A stretch of DNA of 64,000 nucleotides from Octopus sinensis (Eukaryota). The notes below the pieces were generated by a model. That model had not been told where the DNA came from, searched no databases, and saw only the letters and a program-made list of their open reading frames with translations. Position 1 is the stretch's first letter. Each line of letters starts with the position of its first letter. The DNA lies in the NCBI RefSeq assembly GCF_006345805.1, contig NC_043010.1:9486001-9550000 (forward strand). Reading direction: 5' to 3'. Below are positions 25,801 through 37,873 of this stretch, piece by piece. Both the position numbers and the translations under genes were made by a program.

Positions 25801-25851
25801 TTTGTCAGTGAACAGGTCACGGTCTTAAAGCGACGAAAATATTTTGACAAA
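25801..25851 (+). ncRNA. Same hammerhead variant with one helix II mismatch
   Basis: TTTGTCA-GTGAACA-G-GTCAC[GGTCTTAAA]GCGAC-GAAA-ATAT-TT-TGACAAA. Confidence 0.6.
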
Positions 25852-26027
25852 TTAAACTTAATGTTGAAGTGAATCGAACGGCTTTTGTGCGTTTCTTAAA
25901 TGGCTTACAACACCTTCCACGCTGCAATTGCATAGGGAGAGAATTCACAAAAAGAAAAGACGAAGAAAGGTGGTGAAGACAACAAAACAAAAAGATGTAT
26001 TAGCTTAATGGTTGAGAAGTGAAAAAG

Positions 26028-26065
26028 TCTTTAAAGTTTTGAGCCTATGCTCTTCCACAGAAAGA
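26028..26065 (-). ncRNA. Decayed minimal hammerhead of a second family (CUGUGGA core); duplicate at 26612-26649
   Basis: TCTTT-CTGTGGA-A-GAGC[ATAG]GCTC-AAAA-CT-TT-AAAGA. Confidence 0.45.
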
Positions 26066-26115
26066 AACAAGGAGAGAAAACAAAGAATGTGTAGTGGCTA
26101 GCGATTTATCGTGGC

Positions 26116-26153
<38 letters not shown>

Positions 26154-26309
26154 TATATATATAGGGAGAGACAGAGATGTACTTGCATAGCAAGTGATTT
26201 GATCTGAGATCGTGTGCTGAAACGAAAACAATTGCAGCATGGAAGGTGTTTGTAAGCAATTTAAGAAACACACAAAAGCCGTTCAATTCACTTCAACATT
26301 TAAGTTTAA

Positions 26310-26360
26310 TTTGTCAAAATATTTTCGTCGCTATAAGACCGCGACCTGTTCACTGACAAA
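26310..26360 (-). ncRNA. G3:C8 hammerhead variant, second intact copy
   Basis: Identical to 25728-25778. Confidence 0.7.
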
Positions 26361-26382
26361 AATCTGTGCTGCATCTTGGATT

Positions 26383-26433
26383 TTTGTCAGTGAACAGGTC
26401 ACGGTCTTAAAGCGACGAAAATATTTTGACAAA
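26383..26433 (+). ncRNA. G3:C8 hammerhead variant with helix II mismatch, second copy
   Basis: Identical to 25801-25851. Confidence 0.6.
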
Positions 26434-26699
26434 TTAAACTTAAATGTTGAAGTGAATCGAACGGCTTTTGTGCGTTTCTTAAATGGCTTACAAACACCTT
26501 CCACGCTGCAATTGCATAGGGAGAGAATTCACAAAAAGAAAAGACGAAGAAAGGTGGTGAAGACAACAAAACAAAAAGATGTATTAGCTTAATGGTTGAG
26601 AAGTGAAAAAGTCTTTAAAGTTTTGAGCCTATGCTCTTCCACAGAAAGAAACAAGGAGAGAAAACAAAGAATGTGTAGTGGCTAGCGATTTATCGTGGC

Positions 26700-26735
<36 letters not shown>

Positions 26736-27039
26736 TAAGAAAAAGAGTCAAACACAGGTGTTATTCAAATCATTTATACTTCCAGCATATGTTTCAAAGA
26801 AAGCATTGAAATTATTCTGGAGGGAATAAAAATGATGTAAAACAATGCAATCATCTCATCAGGGAAAAAAATAGAAACAAAACACATCAATAAGCCATTT
26901 TAACTGAATGTGATTACACCATGTATATGATGAAGGAGAAAGCTGGAAAGTTATTTTAAAAAAAACTGTTAATAAATTTAACGTCGAAGATTATTTAGAG
27001 AAAGAGAACGAGGCGAAAGACAGAAAATATATATATATC

Positions 27040-27244
27040 CTCTTTTACTTGGTTCAGTCATCTGACCGCGGCCATGCTGGAGCACCGCCTTTAATCGAGC
27101 AACTCGACCTCGGGACTTATTCTTTTGTAAGCCCAGTACTTATTCTATCGGTCTCTTTTGCCGAACCGCTAAGTAACGGGGACATAAACACACCAGCATC
27201 AGTTGTCAAGCAATGCTAGGGGGACAAACACACACACACAACAT

Positions 27245-27301
<57 letters not shown>

Positions 27302-27467
27302 TACGACGGGCTTCTTTCAGTTTCCGTCTACCAAATCCACTCACAAGGCTTTGGTCGGCCCGAGGCTAAAGTAGAAGACACTTGCCCAAGGTGCCACGCA
27401 GTGGGACTGAACCCGGAACCATGTGGTTGGTAAACAAGCTACTTACCACACAGCCACTCCTGCACCT
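27040..27467 (-). mobile_element. SINE family B, full length
   Basis: Reverse complement of the family B sequence. Confidence 0.9.
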
Positions 27468-27473
27468 ATATAT

Positions 27474-28250
27474 ATCATCATCATTTAATGTCCACTTTCC
27501 ACACTGGCATGGGTCAGTTTGACTTGAACTGGTAAGCAAGAGGGCTGCACCAGGTTCCAGTCTGATTTGGCATGATTTCTGTGGCTGGATGCCCTTCCTA
27601 ATGCCAACCACTTCACAGAGTGTAGTGGGTGCTTTTTATGTGCCACCAGTATGGGTTCCATTTACATGACACCAGCAACTGCCACGACTACGATTTCATG
27701 GGTGCAGTTGACATGAGACACTGGCCACAATCATGACTATGAAGTCTCTTGGCTTGATGAGTTTTCTCAAGCACCAAAGATGACATGTTGTTGTTATGGT
27801 TTTTAATTTGCATTTTCTCTTCAAAACCATTCATTCTAAAATTCTATTTTCCTTTCTGGTTTACTTTTATTCATATATTTATTTATTTATTTTCTTTTTA
27901 ATTGTTTTAATTTTAATGTTTTGCTTTCAGTGATCAAATATTAAATCTAAATCAGATTTAATTGTAAATAAACTCCAAATGAATATGAAAAAAGCTTTTA
28001 ATTTCAGTTTCAGTCACATGTCATCGCCTCTGGGAAGCTCAACATTCAAAGGTCATGACACTGGTAGTGGCCACAATTATGATTTCACGAGTGCTAGTCA
28101 CATGACACTGGCAATGGTTATGACCATGATTTGATTTGGCTTGACAAGTCTTTTCAAGCACAGCATATTGCCAAAGGTCTTGGCCATTTGTCATCACCTT
28201 CGTCAGGCCCAACATTCAAAGATCATGCTTCACCACCTCGTCACACACGT
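27474..28250 (-). mobile_element. Family D retroposon, decayed, interrupted by a 227-bp locally templated insertion
   Basis: (TCA)n tail at 27474; internal degenerate repeats. Confidence 0.6.
27786..28012 (+). repeat. 227-bp direct copy of 21715-21941
   Basis: Same length and only a few substitutions. Confidence 0.9.
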
Positions 28251-28822
28251 ACTTATACATATGGAGGGACAAAAATAAATTTCTGAGAATTGGACAGAAG
28301 AATCACTTGAAACCTCACCCTTGTATCGTCTTCTTTATTTATTTTGGTGATGTAAAACAATTTACATTTGTATCTAATAAGGTCTAACAGCAATCTAAGA
28401 ATTTAATTGATGGGAAAATTAATATTTTAAACTAGGCTAAATAACAGGCATAGTCTTTTATGGTACTACAATAAAAAAGTAAAAGAGAAAATAATATATT
28501 TCTAATCAGTATGTAAACATTTTCAAACAATAAAAGGTCTTAAGATCAAATACTTAAATCTAGCGCTGACATATGACAGCATTGCTGCCAAATCCTACAT
28601 TAAAACTAAGCTTCTTTGTTTGCATCCAGTTATATTTATTGATCATTGAACTTGTTTTTAACCCTCTTGATACCAGTCTGCCCAAGAAATCTCATACTTC
28701 ATGATACAATTTCACAATTTTAAAGTGGTCTAAATTAAAACTTCCCGTTAAATTTTTATCTTAATTTTTGCTTGAAACACCAGCTTGATAATGATGCAGT
28801 TATTTTATTAAATTCTCCATAT

Positions 28823-29237
28823 AGATGCAGGTGGGACTGTGTGGTAAGAAGCTTATTTCTTAACATGGTTTTGGGTTCAGTCCTACTGTATGACACCTTG
28901 GGCAAGTGTCTTCTACTATAGCCTCAAGCAGGCCAAAACTTTATGAGTGGATTTGGTAGATGGAAACTGAAAGATGCCTATCTGGTATGTGCGTGTGTGT
29001 TTGCATGTGTGTGCATGTGTGTATGTCTTTGTATGTGTCAACCCCACCACCACTTGACAACCAGTACTGGTGTGTTTACATCCCTGTAGTAAAGGGGTTT
29101 AGCAAGAGGGACCAATAAAATAAGTATCAGGCTTAACAAAAAATAAAAACTGGGGTCAATTGATTCGACTCAAAAACAAAAATTTTCGAAAGTGGTGCCA
29201 CAGTATGGCCACAGTCTAATGACTAAAATGAGGAAAA
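28823..29237 (+). mobile_element. SINE family B, old and decayed
   Basis: Colinear similarity to family B. Confidence 0.7.
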
Positions 29238-29241
29238 GGTA

Positions 29242-30408
29242 TGATGTGGTATCAAAACGTTCCTGGACTACTAGTTCTGTAGCAGACCAAAAGATGGAAG
29301 CACGTGGTTGCATGCACAGTGAGAGCTAGCAATGACTATCATGAGGCAGTGTACTGAGTGACATTGCGGTGTAAAATTTGTGTTTTTGTGAATTTTTAAA
29401 ATTTTTTTTATCACATGTGTATGTTGTAGTCTGCAATTGTTTTCATGGACAGGAACAAAGAGCCCACGGGAAATTTTTAGCTTGAAAAGCATAAGCATGA
29501 GCATCACCTCCAGAAATATGAAGAAAATTCATCAGATCGTGATGAGGATCATTGGAGGACAGCCAATGACATTGCTGATGTTGCTGGTCTGTCGTATGGG
29601 TCCAGGGAGGCTATCCTAATATCTGAATTGAACATGCAGTGTGTGTCTGCCAAGTTTTCCCCCACCTACTGACTACTGAGCAGAAAGAACATTGCATTAA
29701 GTCCATCAAGATCTCCATCAGTGTGCTGCTGATGACTCATCCTTCATGTCAAGGATCATCACTAGTGACATGAGTTGTGCCTACAGGTATGACCCTGAGA
29801 CGAAGAAAGCAGTCACCACAATGGATGAGCTCTTCATCTCCATGACTGAAGAAGGCACGACAGAGTCCCAGCTCAATCAAGAGCATCCTCATCTTATTTT
29901 TCAGCATCCGTGATACTGGGCATCAGAGACTCATCCTCCAGGCCCAGACCATCAATCATGAGTCCTACTTTGATGTTTTGAAGTATTTGAGGCAGGATAT
30001 TTGGAGAAAATGACTGGATCTGCAGAGCACAAAGAATTCCATTTATCCCGGTGACAATGCACCCTGTCACCCAGCTCTCCTCATTTGTGAGTGTCTCTCC
30101 AAAACCAACATGGTATTGCTTCTGCACCCATTTGCTATTTGCTAGATTTAGTACTTGCAGACTTCCCTCTCTTCCATAAGATTAAAATGCAGCTCAAAGG
30201 TCACCGTTTTAACACTGTTTTCAAGATCCAGAGTGAATTGCAGAATAACCTTGATTTGCTTACGGAAAATGACTTCCAGGCCAGATTCCAAAAGTGGTAG
30301 GAATGCTGTGCAAGATGACTATTTTGAAGGAGATGATGTCAAAACTTAGATAAATAAGTTATTTTTTATCAGACATAACTAGTCTGAGAACTTTCTGATG
30401 CCACCTCA
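29242..30408 (+). mobile_element. Mariner transposon relic, near full length
   Basis: TA on both sides; TIR TGATGTGGTATCAAAACGTTCCTGGACTA and its inverse; peptides YDPETKK, GDNAPCH, LADFPLFHKIKMQLKGHRF with stops and frameshifts. Confidence 0.9.
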
Positions 30409-30873
30409 TAAAAGATAAAAAATATTTTCAAAATTTATTGAAACAATGGAGGTGTACATTAATAAATATATAACAAATGTATTTAAAATAACAAATTTGA
30501 TAAAAAATTTTAAGGTAGTTATCTTTATTGTTAATGTTAACCAACTAATTTTATATATTTAACTGGTTATCCTGTCAAACCTCTAATGACATCGGTGTTC
30601 ACACATTGGTAATGACATCTCTCTAAAATAAATTACCATGGTCATACAAAAGGGAACCTAAAAAAAGTCATTGGTCCAGATCCTTTGTACTATGAAAAGA
30701 AAAATAAATAAATCTAGTTAAACGGTGATGCACTGAATATTATGTGCAAAAAAAAAGTGTTGCATTTTCTTGGAATTAATTGCCTTCATATTTAGAGAAA
30801 GAATAAAAAAAACATTAATGGCAAGAGACACTTGACGAAAAGGAGTGATAATTTCAAGAAATTAATAATTATT

Positions 30874-31192
30874 TTGCGGCATGGAAGGTGATTGTAAGCC
30901 ACTTAACAAACACACAAAAGCCGTTTGATTCACTTCAACATTTAAGTTTAATTTGTCAAAATATTTTCGTCGCTTTAAGACCGCGACCTGAGATGCAGCA
31001 CGGATTTTTGTCAGTGAACAGGTCGCGGTCTTAACGCGATGCAAATATTTTGACAAATTAATCTTAAATGTTGAAGTGAATCGAACAACTTTTGTGTGGT
31101 TTTAAATGGCTTATAAACACCTTCCATGCTGCAATTGTTTTCGTTTCGGCACACAATCTCAGATCAAATCACTTGCTATGCAAGTACATCTC
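30874..31192. mobile_element. Penelope-like foldback, same family as 25592-25930
   Basis: Arms 30874-30990 and 31019-31134; plus-arm motif 31007-31057 has GCAA instead of GAAA; minus-arm motif is 5'-truncated. Confidence 0.75.
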
Positions 31193-31676
31193 CGTAATAA
31201 ATAATTATTTTCTTAAAGTTTATTAAAATGCATAGAGAAAGGACAGTCTGAGCTTTGGATATTCATGAATTGTGTAGATATTTACTAATAAAACAAAATG
31301 GTAGTGGATAATATGGGAGCAGTATAATTTATATAAATATAAAGGGAACTTAAGGGCAATAATTCAAATGAGCCAGTTGTATGAATTTAGATAATTACAA
31401 TAAAGGATGACGATAATTAAATTAAAGTATGTTGTATACATAAATTTCTTAATGAATTGAAGTTTTGCCTTCATTTAATGAAAGTTTGAAAAGAAATAAA
31501 AATTTTAGTGGCAAAGGGGTATAATTTTAAGAACACAAAAATTAATTACTCTGGTTAATTTACAATCTAAAGGTAAAAACAGTTTTTGTCTTTTAAAAAT
31601 AATGGAGGAACATAGTCATAACTAAGGTATCCATGAAATCCAAGATTTTAACTCTCAATGAGACATCATTTATCAT

Positions 31677-31829
31677 AGGTGCAAGAGTGGCTGTGTGGTA
31701 AGTAGCTTGCTTACGGACCACATTGTTCCGGGTTCAGTCCCACTGCGTGGCATCTTGGGCAAGTGTCTTCTGTTATAGCGCCGGGCCGACAATGCCTTGT
31801 GAGTGGATTTGGTAGACAGAAACTGAAAG
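31677..31829 (+). mobile_element. SINE family B, 5' part
   Basis: tRNA head through GAAACTGAAAG. Confidence 0.8.
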
Positions 31830-31866
31830 TGGACTTCAGAACAAATACAATGGTGATGGTGATGCT

Positions 31867-31897
<31 letters not shown>

Positions 31898-32302
31898 ATG
31901 ATGATGACGGTGGTGGTGGTGGTGATGATGATGATGGATAAATGTTAGCTGCCAAGAATACAGTGAAATATGAACTGTGGTAAGAAACTCTCCCTTGTAC
32001 CATTCTTCTTTATTCTTCTTTTCAATAATATCATATCTGTTAAAATCTAAAATTTTATTCATGGTTATTTTATCTTTAATAGATATTTTTCTGATAGCAT
32101 CATTGTGTTGCTAACATTCAATTAACGTAATCTTCATTAATTTCTAAACTGCCATTTATGCCTCAATCCATAATCTCAGAATTAAAAAAATTGCCAAGCG
32201 GAAATGATATTTATATATATTTATCATTTATTTGTTTTCTATTTTTATATCTGGCTTGAATAAAAGAGAAGTGGTTGTGTCTATCCTCGTGCTTAGCTTT
32301 AG

Positions 32303-32353
32303 GGAAGATACTGGTGCTAATAATTTCAAAGAACATGTTTTCTCTATCATTAA
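32303..32353 (+). CDS. Candidate 51-nt exon (phase 2-2), EDTGANNFKEHVFSII
   Basis: Acceptor gcttagctttag|, donor AA|gtaatg, open symmetric frame; no homology recognised. Confidence 0.2.
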
Positions 32354-33703
32354 GTAATGCTATCAAGTCATGACAATAACACAAGAAGGCAGTTATTGGG
32401 AACCAAAAAAACCAAAAAAAATGGTTTTAAAAATGTTACAAAATTATTAACATTCTTTGAATGACAAATATTCAAAGGTTTTGAATTTTCTAACAATTTT
32501 CAAGTAGGAGAAAAAGAATTTTGCTGTACATATTTTTTGCAGCAACATATATTTAGTTGAAGAGTGACATTGACTTTAACCCTTTTGATACCAATTTGTT
32601 TGAGACTGATCTTGATTCACTCATATGTAGTTATACATGCTTGTTCTAAAGCAACTAGAGTTGAATTAAAATCTCCTATTACAATTCCATGTAAGACCCA
32701 TTTTTCCAGTTATGTCCCAAACACCAGCTTAGCCTCTTATACTCTTCCCCACACTTGCCCCTGGTACACCCACCCTATTACCAATATCACAATGTCCCTC
32801 CACCCTCTCTCTTACACTTCCTCCTTTCCCCTTCTCTCTCCCCTCTACTCATACCTTAAGACAACTACCTTCGTTATTTTTTCCAATTATCATCCTCTCA
32901 TAATATATCTGCCCCCTTTCATCCAAGGCTGCTCTTTTTCACTCAGCAAGCTAAATGGTAATCCCAACAGTGCTGGTGCCACAAAAAGACACCAATGCAT
33001 TCTATGGTAATCAATTCAAACAGTCACAACAAGGCTTGAAAGAGTAGTCTCTATAGTGCTGGTGCCATGAAAAATACACACATTGCATTTTGTAAAATGG
33101 TTGATATTAGGAAGAACAACAAAATCTATGCGAAAATGAAATATGGAAGGTAGACATTGTTCTCTAATCCAATGAATCTTGTCAAACCATCCTAGTCATG
33201 CTAGGACGGAAAGTAGTTGTATGGTGATGATGATGATGATGATAATGATATGTTTGATTGTAGCTTTTCAGGAAAACAAAAAAAAAACAATATATATATA
33301 TATATATGTATATGTAAATGTATATGTATGTGTATATGTATGTATATATTTGTGTATTAAGGTTTCATATTAAGAAAGTATCTTAATTCTTCAAGAGAAG
33401 AAATTGTTAAGATATTTTCTAGCATGAAACCAATGGTAGCCTTAATACAGAAATAAAGAATCGTTATCCACGAATTCTATGACGAGCTTTCATTCTCATT
33501 GTTACCAAATTCCCTCACAAGCCATTACATGGCTCAGGGGAGGGCTATAGTAGAAGACAATTACCCAAGGTTGCATAGTGTGTGACTGAACCTGAAACCA
33601 TGTGGTTAAGAAGTAAACTTCACCAATAAAGCAATAAGAAAATGTCACAGTAGAAGTTAATCCCCCATATATAAAAAAGAATATATGCAATTCATAAACT
33701 ATT

Positions 33704-34113
33704 AGGCGCAGGAGTGGCTGTGTGGTAAGTAGCTTGCTTACGAACCACATGGTTCCGGGTTCAGTCCCACTGCGTGGCATCTTGGGCAAGTGTCTTCTAC
33801 TATAGCCTCGGGCCGACCAATGCCTTGTGAGTAGATATGGTAGACGGAAACTGAAAGAAGCCTGCCGTATATATGAATATATATGTATGTGTGCGTGTGT
33901 CTGTGTTTGTCTCCCTAGCATTGTTTGACAACCAATGCTGGTGTGTTTGCGTCCCCGTAACTTAGCGGTTCGGCAAAAAGAGACCGATAGAATAAGTACT
34001 GGGCTTACAAAGAATAAGTCCCAGAGTCGATTTTCTCAACTAAAGTCGATTTGCTCCAGCATGGCAGCAGTCAAATGACTGAAACAAGTAGAAGAGTAAA
34101 AGAGTAAAAGAGT
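33704..34113 (+). mobile_element. SINE family B, full length
   Basis: AGGCGCAGGAGTGG head and GAGTAAAA tail repeats. Confidence 0.9.
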
Positions 34114-34446
34114 ATTATTGATTCACTACATAGACACAACAATTATGCCTGATAACATCCTAGTCTGAGGTTAGAATTATAAGTAAATGGTATAAGGAAT
34201 TAACAACACAACCTACCCCCAATGCTATAAATACAGGCAGCTGCACAGTATGCAGCTCTAATATAGTTTACAGACTTTAACAAGAATTTATAACATTAAG
34301 GATAATAGTTTTTTCCTTTATTCTTTTCAATGCTATTCTTAACTTCATCATTTAATAATAACAATAAAAAATACATTATTATTATCATTATTATCATTAT
34401 TATCATTATTATTATTATTATCATTATTATTATTATATTATTATTA

Positions 34447-34500
<54 letters not shown>

Positions 34501-34654
34501 TTTTGTAAATTACAAAGTAATGCTAATAATTCAAAAATTATTTGCGAACAATAGCATGGTAGGTATCTGTGAATGACACCTATGTCGTATTATAATGTGA
34601 AAGGTCAGATTTAGTTGTTTCATAAGAAAAACTAATTAAATAAACTGGTTGTCA

Positions 34655-34820
34655 CCATCATCATCATCATCATCAATATCGTTCTTCTTGTTCTTGTTCT
34701 TGTTCTTCTTCCTCTTCTTCTTCTTCTTCTTCTCTTCTTCTTCTTCTCTTCTTCTCTTCTTCTTCTTCTTCTTCTTCTCCTCCTCCTCCTCCTCCTCATC
34801 ATCATCACCACCTCCACCAA

Positions 34821-34858
<38 letters not shown>

Positions 34859-34873
34859 CCATCATCATCAACG

Positions 34874-34909
<36 letters not shown>

Positions 34910-34910
34910 A

Positions 34911-34942
<32 letters not shown>

Positions 34943-34957
34943 CCATCATCATCAACG

Positions 34958-34990
<33 letters not shown>

Positions 34991-35002
34991 CCATCATCAT
35001 CG

Positions 35003-35056
<54 letters not shown>

Positions 35057-35057
35057 A

Positions 35058-35104
<47 letters not shown>

Positions 35105-35192
35105 CCATCATCATCAACGTCATCATTATCATTATCATCATTATCATCATCATCATCATCATTATCCTCATCATCATCATCATCATCATCAA

Positions 35193-35236
<44 letters not shown>

Positions 35237-35345
35237 CCACTGCCTCCACCATCATCATTATCATCATCATCATTATTATTATCTTCTTGTTTCTCTTCAC
35301 CCCACTTCTTTTTTATTATCTTTATCATTTCTTCAATCATTATCA
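34655..35345. repeat. Compound (CAT)n/(CTT)n/(CCT)n microsatellite, about 700 bp
   Basis: Triplet runs with recurring CAC/AACG interruptions. Confidence 0.95.
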
Positions 35346-35974
35346 TTATATTTTACGAAGTGATTTAGAACAGAAAAATGCAAAAATGCGTGCCTGACAA
35401 CTTTTAAAATAAACCATATCAAATTTATTCTATTTCCTGTAACTACTTAAAAAAATCGCTGTTCCTTTTGTGTTCACATCATGTATGACAGAAAAATGAA
35501 AAAAAAAGAACATCGGAGAAAGGTGTAATATAACTTTTAAATTGAATGGGAAACAAATGCTGTAAGGTGATACAAAATTGCACAAAGGAAATTACAATCC
35601 TCATAGAGATATAGACTGTTTTTCTTTATGTCTTTCACCGAATTTAATGATCATCATTAGATAAAATGAATAAAGATGGGTTTTTCATAACTATCTTATT
35701 TAGCCATTCAATCAGTGTTATAGTTTTGTCAGATCATGGCACCATGTTAATATAATCTTAACTTAAATTACATTTGAGATTTGTCATATAGAAAGCATAT
35801 CAAAAGTTTGTTACATTGTAATGGGATTTTGTTGTAGCATAAGAATATAGTAAAAGAAAACCAGATGACTTTTAATGTAGGTTGCTTATAAGTTATTTTT
35901 CGTCACATTAAAAGCACTTTTGAGAAGTGGTTTCTGCTTTTGTCTCAGTAAACTGATAACTTTTGAGTGGAATA

Positions 35975-36410
35975 TGGACAAACAAGGACATACAAATGGA
36001 TTAAGTCAATTATATCGACCCCAGTGCATAACCGGTACTTATTTAATCGAGCTGTAGAAACGTTAGCGCGCATGGCGAAATGCGTAGCCGTATTTCGTCT
36101 GCCGTTACGTTCTGAGTTCAAATTCCACCAAAGTTGACTTTGCCTTTCATCCTTTCGGGGTCGATAAATTAAGTACCAGTTACACACTGGGGTCGATGTA
36201 ATCGACTTAATACCTGTGTCTGTCCTTGTTTGTCCCCTCTATGTTTAGCTCCTTGTGGGTAATAAAGAAACAGGTACTTATTTAATCGACCCCGGAAAGA
36301 TGAAAGGCAAAGTTGACCTTGGTGGAATTTGAACTCCAGGACGTAGCGGCAGACGAAATACCGCAAAGCATTTTGCCCGGTGTGGTAACGTTTCTGCCAG
36401 CTCGCCATCT
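35975..36410. mobile_element. Plus-strand SINE A (36051-36272) inserted into a minus-strand SINE A
   Basis: 17-bp TSD GGTACTTATTTAATCGA at 36034-36050 and 36273-36289. Confidence 0.9.
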
Positions 36411-37035
36411 CAAACACAACATTGCTAAGCAGGCACTACTCAAACTATACAGCTGCGAGTTTGTTCTAAGTGTCGTGAGAAAGCATTTGGACTTACTGTG
36501 TCTGTGTAATACAGGGTTGAATGTGAGGTGCCCCGAATCAATTGATGTAGCTGTCTTACCACCACTGTTATTTAAGGGGGTTAATTTCTCATTCTTTTAT
36601 ATTGTTCCATATTTTTATTACTATTTATTGTTCTTTATTCATTACTGTGTCTTTATTGTTATTGTTGATCTCACTCTTTAACCAAAGATAACCCCACCAC
36701 CACCACCCTTACTATTTTTTGATTGTTGTCTTCTATTGAACTTTTATTTTTGTACTGTTCCCAACATCTTGGGCTCTTGTGACCAACGAAGGCAATCATT
36801 ATTTATATAATAGATTATCACATAAATAATAATATATTCAATTTCCGCTATTTAGTTTATTCTTTTTATTTGATTTCGTCAATTTTCAGTTTTTTCTTTA
36901 TTCTTTTTTTTATGTTTTTTTTTTTTATAGTGGTTTACTTTGCGCTATTATTTTCTGCTATTATTGCAAAGGCTTGGTTAAGAATGTCTTCCATCAAATC
37001 CCCATCTACGACTTTAAGCAAACTATTATTCTACA

Positions 37036-37066
<31 letters not shown>

Positions 37067-37260
37067 TCTTCATCATCATCGTCGTCGTCATTGTCATCGT
37101 CTTTGTTGTTATCCACATCATTATTTTTATGTTTGATTCATTACATTTCGACTTCCTTTCCAGAGTAAATGATTCAGTGTCAATCATTATGTTGTATCTA
37201 TATGATAGATCGTTATTGCATGAACTGTTAACTATTTTATATAATCAACCATTATTCTTC

Positions 37261-37293
<33 letters not shown>

Positions 37294-37598
37294 GTCATCG
37301 TCATCGTCATCATTACTATCATCTATATCATCATAGTCACACCAACATCACCACCACCACCACCACCAGTACCACTATCATCATTATCCTCCTCCTCCTC
37401 ATCATCATCATCATCATCATCATTGTCATCAATAACATCATAATCATCTAGTGCCCGTATGTCATGCTGGAATAGGTTGAATGGTTTAACAGGATCTGTC
37501 AGACCAGAGAACTTCATCAACTCCTAATGTCTGTTCTGAAATAATTTCTATGGCTGGATACCCTTCCAAATGACAATCTGTTTATAAAATATCCTAAG

Positions 37599-37873
37599 CA
37601 TGGGCCTGGGAACGGGGGGGGAGGGGCAAGGAGTGCAAGTGCACCCCCTGGAAATTTTGTGGGGTCCAAAATCAAAATTTGCACCCCTACTTACTTTTTC
37701 TCAGGTTTAGAAAACAGTGACTAAAGTGCTTGAAACAAATAGCTTGAAGTTAGGTTTCTTCTCAAAGAACAAGGAACAAAAATAAATTAAAAAAGAAACA
37801 ATAAGACCTTATTTGTAAAAACTTTTGGGCCTGGATTTGCACCCCCTAAGCAAATTTCATTTCCGAGCCAGTG
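37599..37873. mobile_element. hAT-type MITE, 275 bp
   Basis: Perfect 8-bp TSD ATCCTAAG (37591-37598 and 37874-37881); imperfect short TIRs CATGGGCCTGGGAA / TTCCGAGCCAGTG. Confidence 0.75.

Larger units (their letters stand above)
25592..25930. mobile_element. Penelope-like inverted terminal-repeat foldback (arms 25647-25782 and 25797-25930)
   Basis: About 135-bp arms, 14-nt spacer, one hammerhead motif per arm; same family at 30874-31192. Confidence 0.75.
25581..26702. repeat. Tandem duplication of an about 582-bp Penelope-type unit (25581-26118 and 26163-26702)
   Basis: Copies differ by one substitution and two 1-nt indels; both bounded by (TA)n. Confidence 0.9.

Noticed and set aside
31975-32062. 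LDFNRYDIIEKKNKEEWYKGE on the minus strand, SH3-like
   Set aside because: Spacing is too short for SH3, there is no ALYDY or GxFP motif, and donors are weak.
33423-33482. HETNGSLNTEIKNRYPRIL*, resembling the PTP KNRY motif
   Set aside because: Stop immediately after, no donor, and no other phosphatase motifs in the window.
34632-35368. 200+ aa poly-Asp, poly-Met and poly-Ser ORFs
   Set aside because: Translations of a (CAT)n/(CTT)n microsatellite, open in several frames on both strands.
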